From Coprobacillaceae bacterium (GTDB lineage Bacteria > Bacillota_I > Bacilli_A > Erysipelotrichales > Coprobacillaceae): a DNA stretch of 32,000 bases. Both the position numbers and the translations under genes were made by a program. Below the pieces are notes generated by a model, which did no database searches, was not told where the DNA came from, and worked only from the letters and a program-made list of their open reading frames with translations. The stretch spans positions 2,400,001-2,432,000 of the forward strand of contig OY780959.1 in NCBI GenBank assembly GCA_963675915.1. Reading direction: 5' to 3'. Shown one piece after another: positions 18,397 through 26,561 of the stretch. Within the stretch, counting starts at the first letter, position 1. The number at the start of each line of letters is the position of its first letter.

Positions 18397-19422
18397 ATGC
18401 ATATGGCAGACGCACTGGTTTCCCCAGAAGTTGGGGCAACCATGATAATCGCAACCAGTTGTGTTGCGGCATATTCAATAGGGAAAGTAAAGGAGGATCT
18501 TGATGATAAAAAAGTCCCACTGATGGGGGTTATGGGGGCTTTTGTTTTTGCTTCACAAATGATCAATTTCACAATTCCGGGAACTGGCTCAAGTGGCCAC
18601 ATTGGGGGCGGGATTTTACTGGCAATTTTGCTGGGACCATATACCGGCTTTTTGACCATGGCCTCGATTCTGATGATTCAGGCCCTGTTTTTCGGGGATG
18701 GCGGCTTGCTGGCCCTTGGATGTAACATCTTCAATATGGGATTTTATACCTGTTTTATCGCCTATCCGCTTATCTATAAGCGAATAACCAAAAAGGGACT
18801 TGCCCGAAATCGGATTTTCATCGGAGCGTTGCTTGCGGCGATAATCGGATTGCAGTTTGGGGCGTTTAGCGTGGTTTTGGAAACTTTATTTTCCAATAAG
18901 ACCGAACTGCCGTTTGGGACTTTTGTGGCTTTGATGCAACCAATCCATTTGGCAATCGGGATTGTCGAAGGGTTGATTACGGCGGCGATAGTCACATTTG
19001 TGTGGCGCATGCGACCGGAAATACTTGAAAACAGCATCAATAACCGGGCGATTGGAAATGTTTCAATCAAAAAAGTGCTGCTCTCGTTAATTATCGGGGC
19101 AGTTGTAATCGGGGGCGGGATTTCCTGGTTCGCTTCATCTAATCCTGATGGATTGGAATGGGCTATGGAACGGACCGCCGGAACGGCTGAGCTGGAAGTA
19201 TCGGACCCGCTTCATGAGCTGGCATCGGGAATCCAGGATTCAACTGCAATCCTTCCTGATTATGGATTTGATGGCGGAGATGACAGTACCTTGAGTGCAT
19301 TGGCGGGAACTTCGACTTCCGGAATAATCGGGGGCGCGATGACTTTGATTCTTGCCATGGTAATTGGATTTGCAGTAAGTGTCTTTAAAAAACGAAAAAA
19401 AACATATCGTAACAATTATTAG
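18397..19422 (+). CDS. cbiM: ECF-transporter substrate component CbiM/NikM fused to a PDGLE (CbiN/NikN-like) C-terminal domain
   Basis: 341 aa. The N-terminus MHMADALVSP has the Met-His metal-binding terminus of CbiM/NikM. The C-terminal extension carries SSNPDGLEW and a final TM helix. RBS AAGGGAGG. Confidence 0.8.
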   Translation: MHMADALVSPEVGATMIIATSCVAAYSIGKVKEDLDDKKVPLMGVMGAFVFASQMINFTIPGTGSSGHIGGGILLAILLGPYTGFLTMASILMIQALFFGDGGLLALGCNIFNMGFYTCFIAYPLIYKRITKKGLARNRIFIGALLAAIIGLQFGAFSVVLETLFSNKTELPFGTFVALMQPIHLAIGIVEGLITAAIVTFVWRMRPEILENSINNRAIGNVSIKKVLLSLIIGAVVIGGGISWFASSNPDGLEWAMERTAGTAELEVSDPLHELASGIQDSTAILPDYGFDGGDDSTLSALAGTSTSGIIGGAMTLILAMVIGFAVSVFKKRKKTYRNNY

Positions 19423-19448
19423 AGTGGTAGAGAAATCTACCCTCTTTT
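19422..19448 (+). terminator. Intra-operon hairpin with U tract (possible partial terminator)
   Basis: GAGTGGTAGA, loop gaaa, TCTACCCTC, then TTTT. It lies between cbiM and cbiQ. Confidence 0.45.
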
Positions 19449-19474
19449 GTCAATAAAAAGAAGGGGGAATACCG

Positions 19475-20248
19475 ATGGATAAGTTAATGGATTCGATTTA
19501 CAATATCAGATTATTGGATGATCTGGCTAAAAGGGACAGTCTTATCCATCGCCTCCATCCGGTGACCAAATTGGCGGTAACGCTGATCTTTTTGGTTGCT
19601 GTCGTTTCATTCGACCGCTATGCGACAGTTGCATTGCTGCCTTTTGTTTTTTATCCGCTCTTGGTGTTTCTGATCGCGGATATTCCGGTAGCGCCGATTT
19701 TGAAACGGCTATTGATGGTCGAACCGCTGGTTTTGGGAATCGGGATATTGAATCCGTTATTCGATCCGCTGGGCTGGTATACCTTTGCGTCGATAATGAT
19801 CAAATCAGGACTGACAATTACAGCCTGTCTCCTGTTGGTGGCAACTACGGGTCTGGATAAAATTGCCCAGGCATTGCGAACACTAAAAGTCCCCAGTATT
19901 TTTGTCCTGCAGTTGATTCTTACTTTTCGCTATATTTCCGTATTATTTGAAGAATTGGCCCGGATGCTGCGCGCCTATTCGCTTAGAAGTCCCGGTCAAA
20001 AAGGGGTGCGGCTCAAGGATGCCGGCTTCTTTGCCGGTCAGCTGCTTTTGCGGACTTTCGACCGGGCGGGGCGGGTCTATGAAGCGATGCGGTTAAGAGG
20101 TTTTAAAGGTGAGTACCACAGTTATGGGAAATCGACAGTCTCGCCTGTAGATTACCTGTATATTGTTATCTGGACCTTGTTTTTGGTGTTTGCAAGATTA
20201 TATAATTTACCGGGTCTGCTGGGCTTGTTGATAGGAGGGGGAACATAA
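19475..20248 (+). CDS. cbiQ: ECF-transporter transmembrane (T) component CbiQ
   Basis: 257 aa. LHPVTKL near the N-terminus and the ARxxR-type coupling region (LARMLRAYSLRS) are typical of CbiQ/EcfT. RBS AAGGGGGAA. Confidence 0.8.
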   Translation: MDKLMDSIYNIRLLDDLAKRDSLIHRLHPVTKLAVTLIFLVAVVSFDRYATVALLPFVFYPLLVFLIADIPVAPILKRLLMVEPLVLGIGILNPLFDPLGWYTFASIMIKSGLTITACLLLVATTGLDKIAQALRTLKVPSIFVLQLILTFRYISVLFEELARMLRAYSLRSPGQKGVRLKDAGFFAGQLLLRTFDRAGRVYEAMRLRGFKGEYHSYGKSTVSPVDYLYIVIWTLFLVFARLYNLPGLLGLLIGGGT

Positions 20249-21003
20249 TGAGTCACCATAAATTGGAAGTAAAGAATCTGCATTTTTCATACCCTGATGG
20301 TTTTGAGGCAATCAAGGATATTTCCTTTTCAATCGCCCAGGGCGAATCCGTGGCGATTATCGGGGCCAATGGCTCGGGTAAATCGACCCTGCTTTCGCTA
20401 GTCATGGGGATCCTTTTCCCTGACAGGGGCGAAATCATCGTTTCCGATACCAAGGTGACCAAAAAGACCCTCGACTTGATCCGGCAACGGCTGGGGATGG
20501 TTTTTCAGAATTCCGATGATCAACTGTTTATGACGACGGTTTATGATGATGTTGCGTTTGGGCCGAGAAATTACAACTTGAGCGAGTCTGAAGTTGATAA
20601 ACGGGTCCAAGAAGCTTTGACCAAGGTCGGAATTTTAGAACTTAAGGACCGGGCACCGTTCAAACTGTCGGGAGGTCAAAAAAGAGCAGCAGCCATTGCT
20701 AGTGTGCTTTCGATGCTCCCGGATATCCTGATTATGGATGAACCTACCTTGGGACTTGATCCAAAATCACGCCGGCGGCTGATCAATCTGCTCAACGGGT
20801 TTGATCATACCAAAATCATCACCAGTCATGATCTCGACATGGTTCTGGAAAGTTGTGAGCGTATCATTGTCCTTAAAGAGGGCCGGATAGTTGCTTCCGG
20901 TCCGACTCTGGAAATTCTCAGCGATGAAAAACTGCTTGAGGACTGCAGTTTGGAATTGCCTTTGGCGATGCAAAACTGTCCGGTCTGTCATTCCAATAAA
21001 TAG
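20248..21003 (+). CDS. cbiO: ECF-transporter ATPase component CbiO
   Basis: 251 aa. Walker A GANGSGKST, signature LSGGQKR, Walker B ILIMDEP. The start overlaps the cbiQ stop (TAATG). Confidence 0.9.
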   Translation: MSHHKLEVKNLHFSYPDGFEAIKDISFSIAQGESVAIIGANGSGKSTLLSLVMGILFPDRGEIIVSDTKVTKKTLDLIRQRLGMVFQNSDDQLFMTTVYDDVAFGPRNYNLSESEVDKRVQEALTKVGILELKDRAPFKLSGGQKRAAAIASVLSMLPDILIMDEPTLGLDPKSRRRLINLLNGFDHTKIITSHDLDMVLESCERIIVLKEGRIVASGPTLEILSDEKLLEDCSLELPLAMQNCPVCHSNK

Positions 21004-21025
21004 ATATATATATATATATATATAT
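21004..21025. repeat. (AT)11 dinucleotide microsatellite
   Basis: Uninterrupted ATATAT... run of 22 nt directly after the cbiO stop codon. Confidence 0.95.
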
Positions 21026-21057
21026 TCGACACTTTTCTACAACTCGAATTACAAATA

Positions 21058-21101
21058 AAAGGTTCCTTTTGAATGACAGATATCATTTAAGAGGAACCTT
21101 T
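21058..21101. terminator. Bidirectional terminator hairpin between convergent cbiO and tetR-family genes
   Basis: AAAGGTTCCT (21058-21067) pairs with AGGAACCTTT (21092-21101). Inner TTGAATGA/TCATTTAA pairing extends the stem, and both flanks are A/T-rich. Confidence 0.7.
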
Positions 21102-21117
21102 ATTAATTATATTGAAA

Positions 21118-21741
21118 TCAGTTGTTGCTAGACTGGATTAAAAACTGGATATATTGCCAGGTCAAAGCAACTTGCTCGTCAAACCAGTTCGGATTTTCCA
21201 GCTTGAAGCGAATGCAAAGGTTGAAAATCCGACCTCGCATGAAATCGAGGATTTTCCAGGTGATGTCATGGGTGTTTGATAAATTATTTAGGTGGATTAG
21301 TTCTTGATTAAGGGCCTTGAAAATGGGGCGTTTCTCATCGAAGAAATACTCGTCATAATATGTTAGGTGACAACTATAGATATGCCGGGCGAAATCGAGA
21401 TTGTTAAGATTTGCCATTTCATAATAGGTCCTTAAAATCAAAAGAATATTTTCCTTGGGGTTGCCTTGTAACTTGAGGTCTTCAAATGCGCGGTCCAGGT
21501 TACGGTAGATGTAAAGGATTGCCTCTTCCTTGCAACTAAAATACACATAAAAGGAACCGAGTGAAACACCGGCGTTTTTGCAGATATCCCTTATTTTGAT
21601 TTTATCGACTTCCGTGGTTGCGACCAGTTCACTGACTGCCTCTACAATTCTGTTTCTGGTCTCGATGCTTTGCTGCTGTCTTTTTGTTGCCATAGTGCTC
21701 TTGTATGATTGATTTGTACATAAAATAGATACAAGTTTCAT
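21118..21741 (-). CDS. TetR/AcrR-family transcriptional regulator
   Basis: 207 aa. ETRNRIVEAVSELV...IKIRDICKNAGVSLGSFYVYF is a TetR_N HTH. A strong RBS (AAAGGAGAAGT) precedes ATG 21741. Confidence 0.8.
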   Translation of the reverse strand: MKLVSILCTNQSYKSTMATKRQQQSIETRNRIVEAVSELVATTEVDKIKIRDICKNAGVSLGSFYVYFSCKEEAILYIYRNLDRAFEDLKLQGNPKENILLILRTYYEMANLNNLDFARHIYSCHLTYYDEYFFDEKRPIFKALNQELIHLNNLSNTHDITWKILDFMRGRIFNLCIRFKLENPNWFDEQVALTWQYIQFLIQSSNN

Positions 21742-21984
21742 ACTTCTCCTTTCATATTTGTCTTTGATTATTTGTGAGGAAATAGAAATATTATCATTTT
21801 ATGAATCCTGTAGCTTGACTGCTCCTTGGAGAGTGAATCCAGCGGTCTATTTTATTTTTAATTAGTTGGATAAATCTTTGAACTTTTGTTTATAGCAAGT
21901 GGATGAGAATAATTCGCTAAGGGTTGCTATCTTCTGTCAAAATATTGTAGAAAGGCGGTCTTTTTTCATGAAGAAAAACTTGAA

Positions 21985-22800
21985 GGAATTGATATTGTCA
22001 TAAACTTAAATTCGCCGCCATTGCCTGATTCTAACGGTGAAGTTTTTGAAAAAGCTTTTCCTTTTGAAAACAGCAAGAAAAGCTACGAACTTCTTATTTA
22101 CAAAGTCAAAGACTTCGGCAAAGAAAGCAATGTTTTTGGAATGGACTAAGCCGCTAACTATTCCAATAATTTAAGTAGTTAACTATTAATAACGGACTCC
22201 GTATCGTTATCATCAATCATTTTCAGACATAAGCTCTAATAAAACACAAACTCGTCACTCCTAGAATTAAAAAATCGATTCTAGGATTATCTACATGGTT
22301 CAAATCATGAACATTGGAACTAAATATCTTTTGACTATACTCTGAGAGGACGCTAGGATCTATGTAGGTCATACCCGGAAATTTCAAATTTGAATTCGAG
22401 ATTGAATTAAAATGATTACATCCCTTGGCAAAATTCACCTACCATGACAATTACTAGCATGTTATGTGTATAAACAGGAACGAATCTAACTTCTATTAAA
22501 TATATTAACTCATTTTCTCGTCCAAGTAAAGTAATGGCATATGCCGGTCCGGCTCCAAGAGTTAGACAACCAGATAAACTCACTGCCTCATCGACAATAA
22601 TTTCAAGAGAGATAATTCAATACATGGGTATACCTTAATCAAAGAACCGATAAATATGGTGTGATTTGATGGCGTTATGGAAACATTGGCGGGTGATCAG
22701 GTGTTTTGGCAATCGGTTATCGCTCGACTCATCAGTTGTTCAATCAACTCAAAAACGAATATACCCAAATGGATAATCTTGGAGACTCTCGCCAAGTGCG
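21985..22800 (+). pseudogene. Decayed IS110-family transposase gene (multiple stops and frameshifts)
   Basis: Translated fragments resemble IS110 landmarks. GIDIVINL...SNGEVFEKAFPFENSKKSYELL...FGMD*AANYSNNL matches GIDVSK...FGMESTGHY. YPEISNLN matches FPEF. KVMAYAGPAPRVRQPDK...IISRE matches KL.AYAGL.P...SG...ISKRG. Boundaries are approximate. Confidence 0.55.
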
Positions 22801-22936
22801 CAAATATCAGGGCAGCAATTTAGGATGCAGATGAAGTTGCCAGAAGCCTGTAAACTCTTCAGAAATGCAGTTTTCAGACTGCTTTTCTCTATGTCTGGGC
22901 GCCAAAAAGTCTGGTGGTAAAAAAATAAAAATATTT

Positions 22937-22965
22937 CTTACGAGAAAAAATTATTTGTGCTATAG
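22937..22965 (+). promoter_or_regulatory. Extended -10 promoter for the DUF2798 gene
   Basis: TGcTATAGT (22957-22965) with a weak -35 TTACGA (22937-22942) at 17-bp spacing. Confidence 0.45.
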
Positions 22966-23032
22966 TCAGTCCTGTCGGTAGGCGATTCCGATCTTGGGGT
23001 TGGTCGCCTACTTATTAAAGGAGGGGTTATAA

Positions 23033-23512
23033 ATGCCAAAAAACAAATTTCAGGAAATCATCTTCACACTACTGATGGTGGTGGGGATGGTTTATGCCAT
23101 GGTTGTCTACAACATTGCACTTTCAAGGGGTGGTCTTACCGATGCCACTTTTATAATGGCGCTTCATGAATTGCCGTTGATGGGGCTGATTGCTTTCATT
23201 GTCGAACTTCTGGTGGTAGGGAACATTGTCAAGATGCTGGCTTTTTCGATGATTGATCCGAGGGAAGAGAAGGGCTATGTAATCAAATTGGTCATTTCGG
23301 CAATCACAGTTTGTCTGATGTGTCCAATCATGAGTATGATTGCAACCTTGTTATACCAAGAACCGGGGCAGCAACTTTTTTCTTCATGGGTGACCACGGC
23401 AGTGTTCAATTTCCCGATGGCACTATTGTGGCAAATATTTTTCTGCGGACCGACAGTCCGGCTTATTTTTTCCAAAATATTTAAACCGGAACTGGAACTG
23501 GCTCAAAACTAG
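23033..23512 (+). CDS. DUF2798-family small membrane protein
   Basis: 159 aa with 4 TM segments. The N-terminal MPKNKFQEIIFTLLM and the duplicated two-helix pattern fit DUF2798. RBS AAAGGAGGGG. Confidence 0.65.
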   Translation: MPKNKFQEIIFTLLMVVGMVYAMVVYNIALSRGGLTDATFIMALHELPLMGLIAFIVELLVVGNIVKMLAFSMIDPREEKGYVIKLVISAITVCLMCPIMSMIATLLYQEPGQQLFSSWVTTAVFNFPMALLWQIFFCGPTVRLIFSKIFKPELELAQN

Positions 23513-23668
23513 TTCGGGAAAGGTTTGCCACGCGCAAGTCGGCTTGTAATGAGCTGATTTGCGTTTTTTTACACTTTTATTATTATTTTTGTCTACAGCA
23601 CAAAAAATTATTACCTTGATAATAAAATATCGTCCTGAACGCCATTTTTTTATTGCGATAATATTATC

Positions 23669-23697
23669 TTGACACAAAAAAAGAGTCATGATATATT
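23669..23697 (+). promoter_or_regulatory. Sigma-A-type promoter of amtB-glnK
   Basis: Consensus TTGACA (23669-23674), 17-bp spacer, TATATT (23692-23697). Confidence 0.6.
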
Positions 23698-23751
23698 TTG
23701 TATACAATTAAATATGAGGATATAGGTACTTAAAATGGAGGAGAGAAGTAA

Positions 23752-24993
23752 ATGTTAGATACTGGAAACACGGCGTTTATGATGATGGCGACAGCGTTCG
23801 TCGCATTCATGATTCCTGGTCTGGCCTTTTTCTATGGTGGATTGGTTAGGCGTAAAAACGTAATCAATACAATTATGATGACAATGGCAGTCATCGGTAT
23901 TGGTTCAGTAATGTGGATTTTATTTGGGTATTCATTATCGTTTGGAGCAGATCATTTTGGAGTCATTGGCGGACTCGAATTCTTAGGCTTCAACGGGGTT
24001 TCATTCAGTACAACTGAGTATGCACCGACAATACCACATTTGGTTTTTGCGGCTTTTCAAATGATGTTCGCAATCATCACACCAGCGATTATCACTGGTG
24101 CGGTAGTTGGCAGAATGCGATTTAGAGCAGTGATGGCGTTCATTGTTTTATGGTCGATTGTAGTGTATTATCCTTTAGCTCACATGGTATGGGGTGAAGG
24201 CGGAATTATTTTGAATCTTGGAGCTGTCGATTTTGCCGGAGGGGACGTTGTCCATATTTCTTCGGGGGTGTCAGCCTTGGTATTGAGTATTATGTTGGGG
24301 CGTCGTCATGACTATGACCATGCGAATTACCGCATGCATAATGTCCCATTTGTAGTGTTGGGAGCAAGCATCCTGTTCTTTGGATGGTTTGGTTTCAACG
24401 GTGGTAGTGCTTATGGTGCCAATCATCTGGCAGCGCATGCATATATCACTACAGCAACATCTGCGGGAGCGGCAATGCTTTCATGGATGTTATTGGATCA
24501 TATCTTCACTGGTAAGACAACCCTGATTGGAGCAGCGACTGGTTTGATTGTCGGGCTGGTTTCAATCACACCGGGTGCTGGATTTGTTCCGGTTTGGGCG
24601 GCATTGATCATTGGGGCTCTGGGAAGTCCGATCTGTTTCTATATGATTTCTGTTGTCAAACATAAATTCAGATATGACGATGCGCTTGATGCGTTTGGAT
24701 GTCATGGTGTCGGAGGTATTTACGGTGGTTTGGTTACCGGGATTTTTGCTCAGACATCAATCAACGATATTGCCCAATGGGATGGTCTGCTTTTTGGAGA
24801 TTACCGTCTTTTCTTGGCGCAGGCGATTGCAATCGTCATCACAGTTGTATTTGCAGTTGTGGGAACATATATTTGTGCTAAATTGGTTGGATTGTTCACT
24901 CCACTCAGAGTTGATGTAAGAGATGAGAAAATCGGTCTTGACAAGTCTGAGCACAATGAGACAGCTTATCCGTCATTTAATGGTTTAGATTAG
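23752..24993 (+). CDS. amtB: Ammonium transporter
   Basis: 413 aa. Amt motifs are present: GLAFFYGGLVRRKN, AVDFAGGDVVHISSG, FGWFGFNGGS and DDALDAFGCHGVGG. RBS GGAGGAGAG. Confidence 0.92.
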   Translation: MLDTGNTAFMMMATAFVAFMIPGLAFFYGGLVRRKNVINTIMMTMAVIGIGSVMWILFGYSLSFGADHFGVIGGLEFLGFNGVSFSTTEYAPTIPHLVFAAFQMMFAIITPAIITGAVVGRMRFRAVMAFIVLWSIVVYYPLAHMVWGEGGIILNLGAVDFAGGDVVHISSGVSALVLSIMLGRRHDYDHANYRMHNVPFVVLGASILFFGWFGFNGGSAYGANHLAAHAYITTATSAGAAMLSWMLLDHIFTGKTTLIGAATGLIVGLVSITPGAGFVPVWAALIIGALGSPICFYMISVVKHKFRYDDALDAFGCHGVGGIYGGLVTGIFAQTSINDIAQWDGLLFGDYRLFLAQAIAIVITVVFAVVGTYICAKLVGLFTPLRVDVRDEKIGLDKSEHNETAYPSFNGLD

Positions 24994-25009
24994 TTTGAGG
25001 AGATTGCAG

Positions 25010-25354
25010 ATGATAAAAATTGAAGCGATTGTACGCAGAGAAAAATATGAAGATGTAAAAGAAGCTCTTTCGAAAATCCAAGTAAACGGGATGACCGTCT
25101 ATGAAGTTATGGGTTGTGGAGCTCAAGGTGGTTACAAAGAATTGGTTAGAGCAAATGTGATTGAAATAAACATTTTGCCGAAAATCAAATTTGAAATTGT
25201 TGTTTCCGATGAAGAGTGGGAACAAAAAGTTATTGAAACTATCCAAAAAGTTGCATATACTGGAAGCAATGGTGATGGGAAGATTTTCAGTTACGATTTA
25301 AGAAATGTTGTCAGAATCAGAACCAACGAATCTGGAACTGATGCAATCAACTAA
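25010..25354 (+). CDS. glnK: P-II nitrogen regulatory protein (GlnK/NrgB type)
   Basis: ORF 24995-25354. Preferred start is ATG 25010 after GAGGAG. MIKIEAIVRREKYEDVKEAL..GMTVYEV.GCG...DGKIFSYDL..VVRIRT is the P-II fold signature. It lies directly downstream of amtB. Confidence 0.88.
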   Translation: MIKIEAIVRREKYEDVKEALSKIQVNGMTVYEVMGCGAQGGYKELVRANVIEINILPKIKFEIVVSDEEWEQKVIETIQKVAYTGSNGDGKIFSYDLRNVVRIRTNESGTDAIN

Positions 25355-25360
25355 AAATTC

Positions 25361-25389
25361 AACTCCTAATTCAATTAGGAGTTTTTTTG
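25361..25389 (+). terminator. Rho-independent terminator
   Basis: AACTCCTAAT (25361-25370) pairs with ATTAGGAGTT (25374-25383), followed by T6. Confidence 0.85.
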
Positions 25390-25448
25390 TTCGATGATAT
25401 CTTTGAATCGGATTTTATCTGTGATATCATTTAATCAAGGAGAATTAT

Positions 25449-25727
25449 ATGGAAATAAATATTATTGAAATAGTCCTGGTTTATCTGATGGTAATCAATC
25501 TCATTGCATTTGCCCTGATGGGAATTGACAAATGGAAATCAAAACGAAATAAATGGCGGATTCCGGAAAAGACTTTGTTTTTGTTCCCTTGCCTTGGGGG
25601 AGGAATCGGAGGTTTGCTGGGAATGTATCACTTCCGACATAAGACCCGTCATTGGTATTTCAAATACGGATTTTTTGCTTTACTTATCATCGAATACGGT
25701 TTGGTGATTTATTTGTTGGTCCTGTAG
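25449..25727 (+). CDS. DUF1294-family membrane protein
   Basis: 92 aa. GIDKWKSKRNKWRIPEKTLFL...GGGIGGLLGMYHFRHKTRH is the DUF1294 signature. RBS AAGGAGAA. Confidence 0.8.
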   Translation: MEINIIEIVLVYLMVINLIAFALMGIDKWKSKRNKWRIPEKTLFLFPCLGGGIGGLLGMYHFRHKTRHWYFKYGFFALLIIEYGLVIYLLVL

Positions 25728-25735
25728 ATGGAAAT

Positions 25736-25768
25736 AAAAAAACTCCCATGCCATGGCATCGAAGTTTT
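25736..25768. terminator. Bidirectional hairpin between convergent genes
   Basis: AAAACT-ccc-ATGC pairs with GCAT-cga-AGTTTT. It includes the 12-bp palindrome ATGCCATGGCAT (25748-25759). Confidence 0.45.
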
Positions 25769-25796
25769 AATCAAGCAGCATTTGAGCCGTGGGGTT

Positions 25797-26258
25797 CTAA
25801 TTAAGTTTGGTAAAAAGTTTCCAGGTATTGAAACAGCCAAAATCGTCACAACAGGTTGTTTGTAAAATGAAACCATATGAGTCGAACAATTCATTGGCCA
25901 TTTTGTGATCTTGGAGGCATTCCAGTTTGATTTCGCAATATTTCTGACTTTTTGACTCAATCATCTTTGAGAGGAAATATCTTGCGGTCTCCTGGCAATA
26001 GTCACTGAAATCAAAAAGAAAATACTCGATTACATTGTTTTTCCAGGTGCACAGTCCGCTGACTTTGGCATCATAGAAAAGAATGTATGTATCGGCTGGG
26101 CTCTTGGATATCTGGGCTTCGATATTTTCTGTTTCGAGAAATTCCTTGATCAATTCATAATTATGAAGATGACCATAGCTTTTGGCGATAAGATTGGTTA
26201 TTGATTTGTGCAATAGATGTTGATCAAGGTCGGCGGCTCTTTTGATTTGATAACTCAT
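25797..26258 (-). CDS. Hypothetical protein (possibly GNAT-like fold)
   Basis: 153-aa ORF with RBS AGAAAGAAGG before ATG 26258. There is a weak resemblance to acetyltransferase C-terminal topology (ANELFDSYGF), but I could not recognise an acetyl-CoA-binding loop. Confidence 0.45.
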   Translation of the reverse strand: MSYQIKRAADLDQHLLHKSITNLIAKSYGHLHNYELIKEFLETENIEAQISKSPADTYILFYDAKVSGLCTWKNNVIEYFLFDFSDYCQETARYFLSKMIESKSQKYCEIKLECLQDHKMANELFDSYGFILQTTCCDDFGCFNTWKLFTKLN

Positions 26259-26561
26259 AATAAACCTTCTTTCTAATTTTAATCATAGCCAAATTACGTG
26301 ATTATATCAAATGATATGCGTTTGTTCTTTACTGGAGCTACGGGGACAATTTGGTACCTGAGATTAGAAGAACAACAGTATCTGCCCATTATCGATAGCG
26401 GTAATGGTTTTTTGCTTTTTAGAGCAAAAACCAGCTGTTGATCCGGTCGACCGAGTGCCAAACAGCGAACTACTTCGAAAAGAGTCTATATATCTACTAA
26501 TGTGTATATTTTCTTGAAGTCGCCGCCGAGGTGGGGTAAAATAATATATATTGGAGAAAGA

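Noticed and set aside
22223-22438. 71-aa minus-strand ORF within the TetR/DUF2798 spacer.
   Set aside because: It lies inside the decayed IS110-like region, has no RBS and no recognisable motif, and overlaps plus-strand transposase remnants.
22977-23010. 8-bp perfect hairpin GTAGGCGA/TCGCCTAC with an 18-nt loop in the 5' UTR of the DUF2798 gene, considered as a small riboswitch or attenuator.
   Set aside because: It has no U tract, no alternative pairing with the RBS, and no similarity to any riboswitch class I can recognise. It is more likely a 5' stabilising stem-loop.
25010-25354. P-II protein lacking the T-loop Tyr51 (the loop reads GCGAQGGYKELVRANVIEIN).
   Set aside because: NrgB/GlnK-type P-II proteins of Bacillota differ from the enterobacterial T-loop, and these organisms lack the GlnD uridylyltransferase. 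This is expected rather than unusual.
26259-26561. Possible c-di-GMP riboswitch or gene remnant in the 303-nt region upstream of the GGDEF/EAL gene. It includes the hairpin GGTTTTTGC/GCAAAAACC and a stop-free minus-strand stretch of about 60 codons.
   Set aside because: I could not recognise any GEMM-I or GEMM-II conserved nucleotides. The open frame has only one internal Met (27 codons), no RBS and no recognisable motif. The region most likely contains divergent promoters.
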